Positions 9,461 through 19,700 of a stretch of 64,000 bases of DNA are shown here, piece after piece (positions within the stretch are counted from its first letter, which is position 1; every line of letters starts with the position of its first letter). This stretch comes from Planctomycetota bacterium (GTDB lineage Bacteria; Planctomycetota; B15-G4), in the NCBI GenBank assembly GCA_965248575.1, contig CBDFJQ010000002.1:640001-704000 (forward strand), given 5' to 3'. Made by a program: the position numbers and the translations under genes. The notes beneath the pieces are model-generated. The model saw only the letters and a list, made by a program, of their open reading frames with translations. It ran no database searches and was not told the origin of the DNA.

Positions 9461-11317
9461 ATGAAGTCGGGAATTCTCAAGGCGTTGTTCCTGCTCGGGA
9501 CGGCTCTTGGGCCGCTTGCGCCGGCAGCTTCCACTCAGAGTTCGCTTCAGCCCTGGCAGGCCCACGACGTGTCCACCTCGACGGTGATGGCCTTCTCGGT
9601 CTCGCCCGCTGACGTCGACGGTGATGGGGACATGGATGTGTTCTCGGCTGGCTTCAACGACACGATCTCCTGGCATGAGAACGTCGAAACAGATGGTCGC
9701 CTCTGGGTCGAGCACGTGATTGCGCCGGCCGTGTTCGTGTTCACGGTGGATGCCGTCGACCTCGATGGCGATGGGGATCTGGATGTCGCAGTCGGTTCGA
9801 CGTCGCTGACGGAACCCCTGACCTGGTTCGAGAACCGCTTCGGCGATGGCAGCGCATGGATCAAGAACATCGTTCCTGCGCCTCCCGTCACGATCCGCTC
9901 GGTGCACGGAGCCGATGTGGATGCGGACGGGGACATGGACCTGTTGAGTGCCCTCGAGGACGGGGACGCCGTGGTGCTGTCGAAGAACCTCAACGGCACG
10001 GGCACCTCCTGGGCTTCGGGTCAGGTTGGCCAAGGGGATGGTCCCTTGGATGTTGAGACGGCCGACGTGGACGGCAACGGAACTCTCGACGTCCTGACGA
10101 TCTACTCGCAGGAGACGCGTGTCGCCTGGTACAGCAACCAGGAGGGCGACGGCTCGCTCTGGTTCGAAGTCGACATGATGTTGTCCGGGCAGGGTGGGCA
10201 CTCCGTGTCGCCCGGCGACATGAACGGAGACGGTGACATGGATGCCGTGTCCGGGTCGTTCGGGAACGACCTGCTCGTCTTCCATCGCAACCGGAACGGA
10301 ACGGCTCTCGACTGGAGCAACGAGGTCATCAGCACCCAGATCGGCAACTACGTCTCGGTCGAGGTGGCGGACCTGGATCTCGACGGTGATCTGGATGTGC
10401 TGGCTGCCTCCTTCGACAACCTGGAGTCGAAGGGAGTTGGAACAGGAGCCATGACGGTCACCTGGCAAGAGAACCTGCTGGGCAGCCCCGTGTCTTGGCA
10501 GGAACACACCGTCTCGGACACGGTGGCCAAGGGGCGGGCCGCCCTGGTGGCCGACATGGACCAGGACTGCGATCTGGATGTCGTCGCGGCGACGTCGACG
10601 AACGACCGCGTGGCCTGGTTCGAGAACACCGTGTCCCTCGACTGCAACAGCAACGGCGTTCCGGACGCGTGCGACATTGCTCAGGGGGCGAGCATCGACT
10701 GCAACAAGAACGGCGTGCCCGACGAGTGCGACTTCTTCATTGATGGCTCGGACCAGATCTCGATCAACCTCGGCGGCATCGATTTCAAACCCTGGATGGG
10801 TGGGCCGAATGGGATTCCCGACGAGTGTGAATTCCCGATCCTGGACCAACTGCTTCAGGGGCTGCCGCGGACCGGCTCGATCCTCGAACTCCTGCCTCGC
10901 TGGTCCGAAGTCCTGGGGGATTCAGTAGTGGGTGCTGTGGGATTCGGTGACCCGCTTGTCCAGCAAGCTGTTCAGCCGGGTGACAAGCTGCCGCGAGAGC
11001 GTCGTCTGGAGCTGCCCCTGCAGGTCCTGGGCGGAGTCCCCGAGGGCAAGTTGCTGGTCTACGCCTACGTCGAGGACGCCCTCCAGGGCTCTCAGCGCCT
11101 CGGGCTGGATCAGCACGGGGGCGCCGAGCTCTCGCTCCGTCTAGCCGCTCAGACTGAGTGGCCGCTCCTGGGCGCGGGCGGCGTCTTGACCGTACGCGCT
11201 GTCGAATTGGACTCGGACGGCAGGCCCTTCAATTGGAGTGCGCCGCTGCATCTGCCGATCAAGAACAGCGCAGCTTCCAGGGCTGCGGTGTCCATTTCGG
11301 CGGATGCGGGACGCTAG
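9461..11317 (+). CDS. Secreted FG-GAP/VCBS repeat protein with DCNxNGxPDxCD repeats
   Basis: Signal peptide; about 7 DxDGDGDxD repeats with WxEN ends; DCNSNGVPDACD, DCNKNGVPDECD, NGIPDECE. Confidence 0.85.
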   Translation: MKSGILKALFLLGTALGPLAPAASTQSSLQPWQAHDVSTSTVMAFSVSPADVDGDGDMDVFSAGFNDTISWHENVETDGRLWVEHVIAPAVFVFTVDAVDLDGDGDLDVAVGSTSLTEPLTWFENRFGDGSAWIKNIVPAPPVTIRSVHGADVDADGDMDLLSALEDGDAVVLSKNLNGTGTSWASGQVGQGDGPLDVETADVDGNGTLDVLTIYSQETRVAWYSNQEGDGSLWFEVDMMLSGQGGHSVSPGDMNGDGDMDAVSGSFGNDLLVFHRNRNGTALDWSNEVISTQIGNYVSVEVADLDLDGDLDVLAASFDNLESKGVGTGAMTVTWQENLLGSPVSWQEHTVSDTVAKGRAALVADMDQDCDLDVVAATSTNDRVAWFENTVSLDCNSNGVPDACDIAQGASIDCNKNGVPDECDFFIDGSDQISINLGGIDFKPWMGGPNGIPDECEFPILDQLLQGLPRTGSILELLPRWSEVLGDSVVGAVGFGDPLVQQAVQPGDKLPRERRLELPLQVLGGVPEGKLLVYAYVEDALQGSQRLGLDQHGGAELSLRLAAQTEWPLLGAGGVLTVRAVELDSDGRPFNWSAPLHLPIKNSAASRAAVSISADAGR

Positions 11318-11437
11318 GCAGATCCATTGCGCCCTCGACAGTTCGTGTTCATGGAAATAGATTGGCCGATGATCGTTCCTGACGGATCAGGGGCGAACTG
11401 GCGTGAACGCGCGCCGCAGAGAACTCGGAGATGCAGC

Positions 11438-12745
11438 ATGGTGATGGGATCCTCGGTCCGTTGGATGGTGAGCTGTGCGCTTGCTGTTGTCTTGCAAGGC
11501 GCCGTCAGCACCGCCCAGACAGGCCCGCCACCTGAAGAGGACGACGTCCACTACGGGCTCCCCGGCCAGTTCACCATCAACCAGGCCATGGATTTCTACC
11601 GCACGGAGGTGGTGACGACGGCCAAGACACCGGTCGTGGTCTGGATCCATGGCAAGGGATTCTGGGGTGGGGACGAGTCGATTGACGCGAGCACGTCTCC
11701 CTTTGTGGATTGGCTCGCTGCGGGCTGGTCGATTGCGTCCTTGGACTATCGGCACACCGGGCAGGACTGGGATGCATTCATGCACGGGCAGGACTCCGTG
11801 TACCCCGACCATGCCGTGGATGTCGCCCTGGCCGTGCAGTACCTGCGCACCAAGAGCACGGATTGGAACATCGACCCGGACAAGATCCTCTTGTTCGGTG
11901 AGTCAGCTGGTGGATGTCTCTCGTCGTGGACCGCCATGGCCGATGATCTCGCGGCCTTCCAGGGCGGTGTGGGGCACGGCCCCGGGCTCTCGACCCGCGT
12001 GCGCGCCTTCGTCAACGTGGACGGTCCCACGGACTGGACGTACGTGAACCCCTTCGTGAACCCAGACGTCATGCATTACTTCGGCGTGTTCGTGCCGAAC
12101 ACGCCGCCGTTCAACATCCTGGTGCCCTTGGCGACCCAGCTGGAGGCCTCGCCCTTCTGGCAAGTCGGGCAGGCACCGCAGGCTGAGGCCAATCGCCAGG
12201 TGGGCGCGTACCAGGACTACGAGGGCCCTGTTGCCGGTGATATTCATGACCCCGCCTATGGCCTGACGATGCAAGTCGCCCTCGAGCAAGGGGACCACGG
12301 TTTTCCGGTTTTGAACTGGGACCTGGCGCCCGACTGGCCCATCGGCCCGGCCTTGGATGATCTGGATTGGATGAAGGTGCAGTTCACCGGACTTCCCTAC
12401 GGTGACGGTGTTGGCGGAACCTCTGCGGTCTCGCCGGAACTCTACCTGCGCAGCATGGGGCCCACCGAGACCCTGCTGGTGACGGATGCGCCGCCCAACG
12501 CCATGGTCACCTTCGCGCTTGGGATCGGTCAGATCGATGTTCCCTTGTTCGCCGGCCGCCTGTACGTGCAGCCGATGGTCTTCCTCTACGGCACGACCGA
12601 CGCCCAGGGCGATTGCCTGCGGGATCTGGATCTCGGGTTGGCCGGGGGCTTGTTTGACGTCTTCGTGCAAGCTGCCATCGAAGACCCGGGTGCCGTGGGT
12701 GGCTACACCTTGACGGGCGGGCTGAAGCTCGACCTGAAGGAGTAG
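11438..12745 (+). CDS. Secreted alpha/beta hydrolase (carboxylesterase/HSL-like) with shared C-terminal domain
   Basis: IHGKGF oxyanion motif, LDYR, GESAGG nucleophile elbow; signal peptide; GGAG SD before ATG 11438. Confidence 0.8.
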   Translation: MVMGSSVRWMVSCALAVVLQGAVSTAQTGPPPEEDDVHYGLPGQFTINQAMDFYRTEVVTTAKTPVVVWIHGKGFWGGDESIDASTSPFVDWLAAGWSIASLDYRHTGQDWDAFMHGQDSVYPDHAVDVALAVQYLRTKSTDWNIDPDKILLFGESAGGCLSSWTAMADDLAAFQGGVGHGPGLSTRVRAFVNVDGPTDWTYVNPFVNPDVMHYFGVFVPNTPPFNILVPLATQLEASPFWQVGQAPQAEANRQVGAYQDYEGPVAGDIHDPAYGLTMQVALEQGDHGFPVLNWDLAPDWPIGPALDDLDWMKVQFTGLPYGDGVGGTSAVSPELYLRSMGPTETLLVTDAPPNAMVTFALGIGQIDVPLFAGRLYVQPMVFLYGTTDAQGDCLRDLDLGLAGGLFDVFVQAAIEDPGAVGGYTLTGGLKLDLKE

Positions 12746-12765
12746 GGAGCACTCCCTAGCCTGCC

Positions 12766-14637
12766 ATGGACAGCGTGTTCACTCTGGATGGGAGTGCGCG
12801 ACGGTCCGCGAGGGGCACTTCCGCCAGAGGAGTCCAGGCCGAGGGCGTGCACGGCGCATGGCTCGTTGCCTCTGCGCTCCTGGCGCTGGTGGTTGGCTCA
12901 GCTGGGCGACTGCAGGCCCAGACAGGTTCTGGGGAGTTGCGCGCAGCCGGGCAGGTCGCGAGCCAGACGGCCACTGCGTTCACGGAGGCCGACGCGCAGC
13001 GTGTCGGCCAGGACCTCGCACCCTTCGCCGGACAGGAGCCGGCCGTTCTGGTCGACGCCGTGATTCCGAGTGGCGCGAAAGGAACAGGAACAGCCTTCCC
13101 CGAGACGATCCAGTATCAACTGGGCACGTCCTACAGCAGCGTCGGGCGGCGGCGCCCCCTGCTCGTGGCGTATCACGGCTACGGGGGATCGGCGGCTAGC
13201 GTCGCCACGCAATCCACCTTGGATGAAGTCTGCAACCAAAGAGGGTGGGTGTACCTCTCGGTGACGGGCTTGGACGACAAGGTCTTCGGCACGGAGCTCT
13301 CGCAAGCTCACACGGAAGCAGCCGTGAACTGGATGCTGGACCACTTCCACGTCGACCCCGATCAGATCTACATGGTGGGATTCTCCATGGGAGCCGGTGT
13401 CGCCATGAACTTCGCGGCGCGACATCGGGACCCCGCGGGAGTCATGATCGCGGCCTTGGGCTTGGTGAGCGTCTCCGCTGATTGGACGTCTGCGTGGCTG
13501 ACGGGTTCGCCGAGCGTGCAAGCGGTGCTCGAGAATCCCCTGAACTTCGGTGCCAGCCCGTCACAGGACCCCTTCGGCTATCGTCGCTGGAGCGGGAGCT
13601 TTCACGACGGAAGCAGCGCTTCGATGCTCGGAAGCCTAGCGCCCTCTCAGTCCATGGCCAGCAATCTGGGCAGCACGCCCGTCTACCTGAGTTGGGACAC
13701 GGGCGACGCGACCCTCTACGTGACCGATCAGTGTGCTCAGCTCTCCAACTTCCTGCCGAGCTTGGGCGGGGAGGTCAGCGTCAAGACGGTGTTCGGGACA
13801 CTCGACCCCGCGACCGGAGTTCCGGCGCCCCACTCCTGGGCGGTGCTCAAGGAGAATCAGCTGGCCAACTTCTTCGACGGCAAGACCGTGGATCGGACTC
13901 CTGCTTCGTTCCGTGCGCTCCTGGCCGACGATTCCACGGTGGGGAACGTCGCCTGCGAGCAGCGCGTCACCGGAGCCTTCACGTCCTTTGACACCTCAGT
14001 GCTTCCGGGGGCGGCGTTGACCCAGGTTCAGAACGCGAGGCTGCTCAGCTTTGATGGAGGCGGAGCTCCCGCTGACCAGCGGGTGGAGGCGATCCCCGCT
14101 GACGGGCAAGCCTTCGAGCTGCGCGTGCTGGGCCTTGACAGCCGGCCTTCCTATGCGCTGCATGAGTCCACGGGAGCGCTGGTCGAGGACGTGCGCTCGG
14201 AACCCTGGCACGAGGCACTCGTGCTGCCGGTGCCCGCGGAAGGGCTGCGCGTGAACCTGGTGTCCCGACACGATTGGACAGCGCGGCTGACCGTCTTGCC
14301 GGACCCCTTGCCAGCGCCGGGCGGAATGACCCCGCCAGCCACACTGGTGGCCGAAGGATTCGTTGCGGTCGATCAGGCCTGGCTCGTGCTCGGGATGCAT
14401 GAAGCACTCAGCCCCGTACTGGGCGGGGGAGCGACTCTCGGTGTCCAGCCCCGCCCGCCATCGATCCTGCGCTGCTTGCCGCTCGAGGACGACGGTAGCG
14501 TGGTCATGCCGTTGCAACTCCCCGCGCTGCCTGTGGGGAGCGGGGCTCACGCCCATGCCCAGGTCCTGTTCCTGAAGACGGAGGGGACGCTGTCTGCCGC
14601 AGCCACCAGCAACGTCTGGATGCTGCGCTGGCCCTGA
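12766..14637 (+). CDS. Secreted alpha/beta hydrolase (esterase/PHB depolymerase-like) with C-terminal domain
   Basis: PLLVAYHGYGG, VDPDQIYMVGFSMGAG, and a candidate catalytic His in APHSW. Confidence 0.75.
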   Translation: MDSVFTLDGSARRSARGTSARGVQAEGVHGAWLVASALLALVVGSAGRLQAQTGSGELRAAGQVASQTATAFTEADAQRVGQDLAPFAGQEPAVLVDAVIPSGAKGTGTAFPETIQYQLGTSYSSVGRRRPLLVAYHGYGGSAASVATQSTLDEVCNQRGWVYLSVTGLDDKVFGTELSQAHTEAAVNWMLDHFHVDPDQIYMVGFSMGAGVAMNFAARHRDPAGVMIAALGLVSVSADWTSAWLTGSPSVQAVLENPLNFGASPSQDPFGYRRWSGSFHDGSSASMLGSLAPSQSMASNLGSTPVYLSWDTGDATLYVTDQCAQLSNFLPSLGGEVSVKTVFGTLDPATGVPAPHSWAVLKENQLANFFDGKTVDRTPASFRALLADDSTVGNVACEQRVTGAFTSFDTSVLPGAALTQVQNARLLSFDGGGAPADQRVEAIPADGQAFELRVLGLDSRPSYALHESTGALVEDVRSEPWHEALVLPVPAEGLRVNLVSRHDWTARLTVLPDPLPAPGGMTPPATLVAEGFVAVDQAWLVLGMHEALSPVLGGGATLGVQPRPPSILRCLPLEDDGSVVMPLQLPALPVGSGAHAHAQVLFLKTEGTLSAAATSNVWMLRWP

Positions 14638-14657
14638 CCTGGAGTCAGGAGCCTGTG

Positions 14658-15752
14658 TCAGTCGTTGCGGTAGGCAGAATGACAGCTGGTGCACGACGCC
14701 TTCAGGGCGGAGAAGGCTGCGGCACTCGCCCCTTGATCGTCGTCAGGGGACGCACGCCGTGCTGAGTACGCCTCGCGCAGCGTAGCGCTGCTCTGGATCG
14801 CGTCTTCGATCCAGGACTGATAGTCGGTCGCTGCCTCGTTGACCTCGGGCAGCTCCCGCGCCTGCACGAAGAGCCCGCGCAGGATGGCCGCTTCATTGGC
14901 AGGGTCGACGTCGGGGTGATCGGGGTTCACTGTCCAGTCGCGCTTGGCCATGCCGGCGACGTTGTCGAAGTGGCGCGCAATGCGCACCATCAACTCGCGG
15001 ACCCCATCAAACTCCTGCGCCGCAGCCAGTCCCCAGTCCAGTGCACCTGTCTGCTGCGCACTGGGAATGTCTGCTGTCGCGACCGTGCGATAGAGGCCCT
15101 CGTACTTCTCCGAGGTGCCGCACCACTGGCGCATCTCTGCGAGCGCTTGTTCGCGCGGAACGGCATCCAGGACCAGCCTCCCGATCGCAGCGGCGGCCGG
15201 GCCCCGGTGTTGGCCATGAAAGCAGTGCACGTAGAACGGGCCCTCGGCCTCCCGGAAGGTCTTGGAGATCTTCAGGAGCTCGTCGGGGTTGATCCCGCGG
15301 TACTGAATCGGCACGTGCACGTAGCGCATGCCCAGTTCGGCGGCGCCCTCGGCGTCCGGCGTCTTGCCGTCCACCGACAGGATGGTGCGGACGCCCATGG
15401 CGGCAATGGCAACCAGGGATTCCCGGTCGTGGGGCTCGCCGCCGGAGATGATGCTCTCGCTCAGGGCAAAGACGTTGTGCAGGCCACCGTCCTGGCCCGG
15501 CTCGCGCACGTCCAGCTGAAGCTGTTGGGCCTGCTCATAGGCCGTGGAGTCGTTGAGCAGCAGGAGCGGCGAGGCGGCTTCGGCTCGCACGCTTCGTGCT
15601 TCGGAGCAGCCGACCGCGAGGCTTCCCAGGCAGATGCTTAGGCCCCAGAGGGCCCAGCCAGCCACACTCCACAAGCCGTCGCCTGGCCGGGATGCCGTCA
15701 GCCGCGTCGCGCGGGACGTCCTGAGGCTTCGGGAAGAGGGCGTGGGGCTCAT
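14658..15752 (-). CDS. Putative lipoprotein: PTP-like (HCxxGxxR) domain fused to a cytochrome c'-type C-terminal CxxCH domain
   Basis: Lipobox-like LAVGC; VHCFHGQHRG P-loop; helical C-terminal part ending SCTSCHSAYRND. Confidence 0.75.
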   Translation of the reverse strand: MSPTPSSRSLRTSRATRLTASRPGDGLWSVAGWALWGLSICLGSLAVGCSEARSVRAEAASPLLLLNDSTAYEQAQQLQLDVREPGQDGGLHNVFALSESIISGGEPHDRESLVAIAAMGVRTILSVDGKTPDAEGAAELGMRYVHVPIQYRGINPDELLKISKTFREAEGPFYVHCFHGQHRGPAAAAIGRLVLDAVPREQALAEMRQWCGTSEKYEGLYRTVATADIPSAQQTGALDWGLAAAQEFDGVRELMVRIARHFDNVAGMAKRDWTVNPDHPDVDPANEAAILRGLFVQARELPEVNEAATDYQSWIEDAIQSSATLREAYSARRASPDDDQGASAAAFSALKASCTSCHSAYRND

Positions 15753-15931
15753 GATCGAGTGCGGAGGAGGATCGGGGGTCGAGAGGCTCAAGATGCTGAC
15801 CAGGACGCTTGGAGGGCCTCTGGGGAGGACCAGCGCCTTGGAGTGCCAGGGGAGTGTAAGGGCTCGGCACCCGTGTGCGAGGGCCGTCTGGGCAGTGTGA
15901 CGGATCCCCGGGCCGGAACGGACGCAGTTCC

Positions 15932-16555
15932 TCAGTCTTCGGGGTCAGAATCTGCAGCCATGCGGCGTTTCACGAGGCGGGCCAGCTGGACCCTGGCCCG
16001 GCGATAGAGCTGCCGAGCGGCATCGGCTCCCGGCCGACCCATTTGTCGCGCCACGAAGTCCCAGCTGCCACCTTGATAGGTGCGCAGCAGGATCACCTCT
16101 CGCGCATCCTCGTTCAGCTCCGTCATGGCTTCGTCTACGAGCTTCTCCAGCTCGTTCAGGGCTGCCCGTTCGTCGGGCGTCCCCGTCCCCGATCCGGGCC
16201 CACCGCCCGATGAGACAAGGGCGTCGATGTTGACCTCGCGCCGGGGGTCTCGCTTCTCCGCGAAGTGACTGCGCCACGCGTCGCGGATACGGTTTTCGGC
16301 GATGCGCGAGAGCCACTGGATGATGCTGGCCGTGCTGCGCGGCTGGAGATCACCGATGTGCTGGAAGGCGGCGGACATTGTTTCCTGGACGATGTCCATG
16401 GACTCCATGCGGCTGCGCAGGTCCACGCTCAAGCGGATGCGGACGATTCGCCGTAGGCGATCCTGGTAGCGCTGCAGCAGATCTTCGAGCGCCTTCCTGT
16501 TCCCGTTCTGCGCTTCGTCCAGGAGGCGCAGGGACTCCGTGGGATCGGGCAGCAT
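15932..16555 (-). CDS. ECF RNA polymerase sigma-70 factor
   Basis: Sigma2 region (ALEDLLQRY, DIVQET, WLSRIAENRIRD) and sigma4 region (REVILLR..SWDFVARQMG..LYRRAR). Confidence 0.9.
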   Translation of the reverse strand: MLPDPTESLRLLDEAQNGNRKALEDLLQRYQDRLRRIVRIRLSVDLRSRMESMDIVQETMSAAFQHIGDLQPRSTASIIQWLSRIAENRIRDAWRSHFAEKRDPRREVNIDALVSSGGGPGSGTGTPDERAALNELEKLVDEAMTELNEDAREVILLRTYQGGSWDFVARQMGRPGADAARQLYRRARVQLARLVKRRMAADSDPED

Positions 16556-16771
16556 TGATCCATCAAGCGAGGCCTCCAGGGGGTCGTCGGCCTTCTCGTG
16601 GGATGGCTTGGAGGAGTCGGTGATGAGTCCGGCCTCAAGGGGAAGGAAGAGGGCAGGCGATTGCAGGGGAGACTGCTGGCGTCTGGAGTCTAACGTGACC
16701 AGCGTGGTGAGTTGATCGTATGGGGGAGTATCGTCAGAAGACCCCAGCGGAAACCAAATGACACTGAGCTG

Positions 16772-19700
16772 ATGGTGGATCCCACTTTTTCAAACCTTCC
16801 GTCGCCCGGTCCAGAGGGCGAAGATCCTGCTGCGAGCGCCGAGGCCGAGCGCTTGTTCGATGCGTGGCTGGAGACGGTGGGGGGCACGGCTGAGCGGCCC
16901 TTCGAGCAGCTCGTCGCGCAGCACCCGTCCCATGAGCAGGCATTCCGCGCCCTCCACGAAGAGTGGCAGGAGATCGAGACGGGCATCGAGAGCGCCCTGC
17001 CGGAAGACCTGCCCGAGACGGGCGTCGAGGACGAGTGGGGCGAAGACATCCTGGTCCGCGAGGCCGGCGCCGTGCTGGGGGACTACCGCTTGGTGCGCCT
17101 GCTCGGCGAGGGGGCCGTGGGTCAGGTCTGGGAGGCGCAACAGATTTCGCTCAACCGTCCCGTGGCACTCAAGCTGCTGCGTCCCAACCGGGCGTCTGCG
17201 GCGCGGGGCCTGGCGCTGGTGCACGAGGCCCGGGCTGCGGGGCGCCTCGATCATCCAGGCATCGTCAATGTGTACGCGGCCGGGAGCATCGGGGGCGTGG
17301 CCTATCTCTCCCAACAGTTGGTCAAGGAGGGACGCACTCTCGGGGAACTGATCGAAGAGGCGCGCCGAGATGTCCCCACCGGCCTTGCGCCCTTCCGCAG
17401 GACCGCGCAACTCGTGGTTGATGTGGCGGACGCCGTGCACGTCGCCCACGAGGCCGGCATCCTGCACCGCGATATCAAGCCGGGGAACATCCTGATCGGT
17501 GGTGACGGGCGTCCGCGGGTGAGCGACTTCGGTCTCGCGCATGTGGTGGGGGAGGACCCCGAGCAAGAAGGACTCGTCGGGACCTGCGCGTACATGAGCC
17601 CCGAGCAGGCGACGGGGCGAGGCGCACTCGATGCGCGCAGCGATGTGTTCGCCTTGGGCGCTGTGCTGTTTGAGGCCTTGACCCAGCGTCGGGCGTTCGA
17701 GGGCGACAGCGTGCCTGCGGTGTTGCGTGCCGTGCGGGAGGAGGATCCTCCCGACCCTCGTTCGCTGCGCGCGCGCATTCCAGGGGACCTGGCCTTGATC
17801 TGCGTGAAGGCGTTGGACAAGGAACGCTCCCAGCGCTACGCCGACATGAAGTCCTTCGCCGACGACCTGCGGCGCTTCCTGGCAGACGAGCCGATCCTGG
17901 CCGTGCCGCCCGGGCCTGGGGTGCGTCTGCGAAAGTGGTTGCGGCGACATCCGGCATGGGCAGCGAGTCTGGGGCTCGGCGTGGCGGCCCTGGTGACCGT
18001 CAGTATCTTCCTCGTGAGGGAGGTGGAGCTGCGGAGGCAGATGGTCTTCGAGAGGAACCGGGCTGATCAGAACGCCCTGACTGCTACCGCAGCGGCCGAC
18101 CGGGCGGACCAGAACGCCTTGACCGCTGCCGCCGCGGCCACGCGAGCAGAGGAGCGGGCAGAGGCCGCTGAGTGGCAGGGCTATGTGGCGAACCTGCGCG
18201 CATCGGCCATCGCCCTGGACCGCGGTGTGTCCGAGGAAGCGCGGCGCCGTTTGGAGGCCTGCGCGCCGGCGCTGCGCGGATGGGAGTGGCACCACGACGC
18301 CCGGCGCGTCGACATGACGTCCCATACCTTGAGCGGTCACCCCGGCGCGGTGACTTCGGTGGCGATGTCAGCCGACGGCTCTCGGGTCGTGACGGCCGCC
18401 CGGGAAGGCAGCGTGTCGGTCTGGGACACCGCCAGCGGTGAGCTGCTCTTCGAGTTGGCTGGGCTTCCGTACAATTTGCACTCCGTGGCGTATGCCGAGC
18501 AGACAGGTGCCGTGATTGCCGGTGCGGACGATGGAAGCGTGCTCGAATGGCGGCCAGGTGTCGACGACATCCCCATGACCTTGAGCTTCCATCAGGCCGC
18601 TGTGCGGTCCGTGGCCGTGAGCGCCGATGGTCTCGTGATCGTCTCGGGTTCCGACGACGGCTCCGCACATGTCTGGGACCGACGTGATGAACGGCAGTTC
18701 ACGGTGACGCCGCGCGTTCCGACCGGCGTTCGCGGCGTGGCACTGAGCCGCGACGGCAGACGACTGCTCACTGCTTCGCGGCTCGGCACCGTGAGTCTCT
18801 GGGATGTCGCGACCGCCGAGCTGGTGCAGGAGCTGCCCTGGGACGCGCGCAATGAGGTGGCCGTGAGCCTGGACGGCCTGGGCGGGCGCCGCTTTGTGGG
18901 GACCGCCGACGGTTCCATTCGGGTGTGGGAGACGGGGTCTACCGAAGCAGGGATCGTCCTGCCGGGAGATGGCTATGGAGTGCGCGCCGTGGCGTCGACG
19001 CCGGACGGTGGCACCCTGCTCTCGGCGACGGCCGGGGGGGTGCGGCTCTACACGGTGGACTCCGTGCGGTTGCCGACCGTGCTCACCGGGCACCCTTCGA
19101 CACCCTTGTGCGTGGCGCTGAGCGCCGACGCCCAGTTGCTGGTCGCAGGCTGTGAGGACGGCACCGCTGTGATCTGGGACCTCGCACAACGTGGCGCCTC
19201 CTACTCGCTCGTGACGGGCTTGCCCCACGCGCAGTCGGCGTTGGCTGTCGACCAGAACGGCGAGCGGGTGGCGTCCGCTGGTTTGGGGGAGCGCGTCGTG
19301 CGCATCTGGGACGGAACGAGCGGCGCCTTGCAACATGAGCTGTCGGGACACGAGACGACGATTTCGGCAGTCGCCATGAGCGGGGACGGCCGGCTCGTCG
19401 CCTCGGGGGGCCTGGGGTCGCTCGAGCCTCACGTGCGGCTGTGGGACGCTGTGGCGGGCAAGGCCTTGGGCATCATGCGCGGCCATCGCTTGACGGTGTC
19501 CTGCCTGGCCATGGATCTCACGGGAGCCGCACTCGTGTCCGGTTCCTACGATGGCACCGTCCGTCGCTGGCAGGGTGGGGAGCAGGTGGACCGGATCGAC
19601 GCGCCTGGTCGTGCAGCGGTGTCGAGCGTGCGCCTGACCGAGGATGGCCGGCGTCTGGCTGCCTCCTGCACGGACGGCACCGTGTTCTTGGTCGCTCTGG

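Noticed and set aside
18058..18140. Duplicated RADQNALTA(T/A)AAA unit in the kinase
   Set aside because: Ordinary in-frame coiled-coil linker duplication
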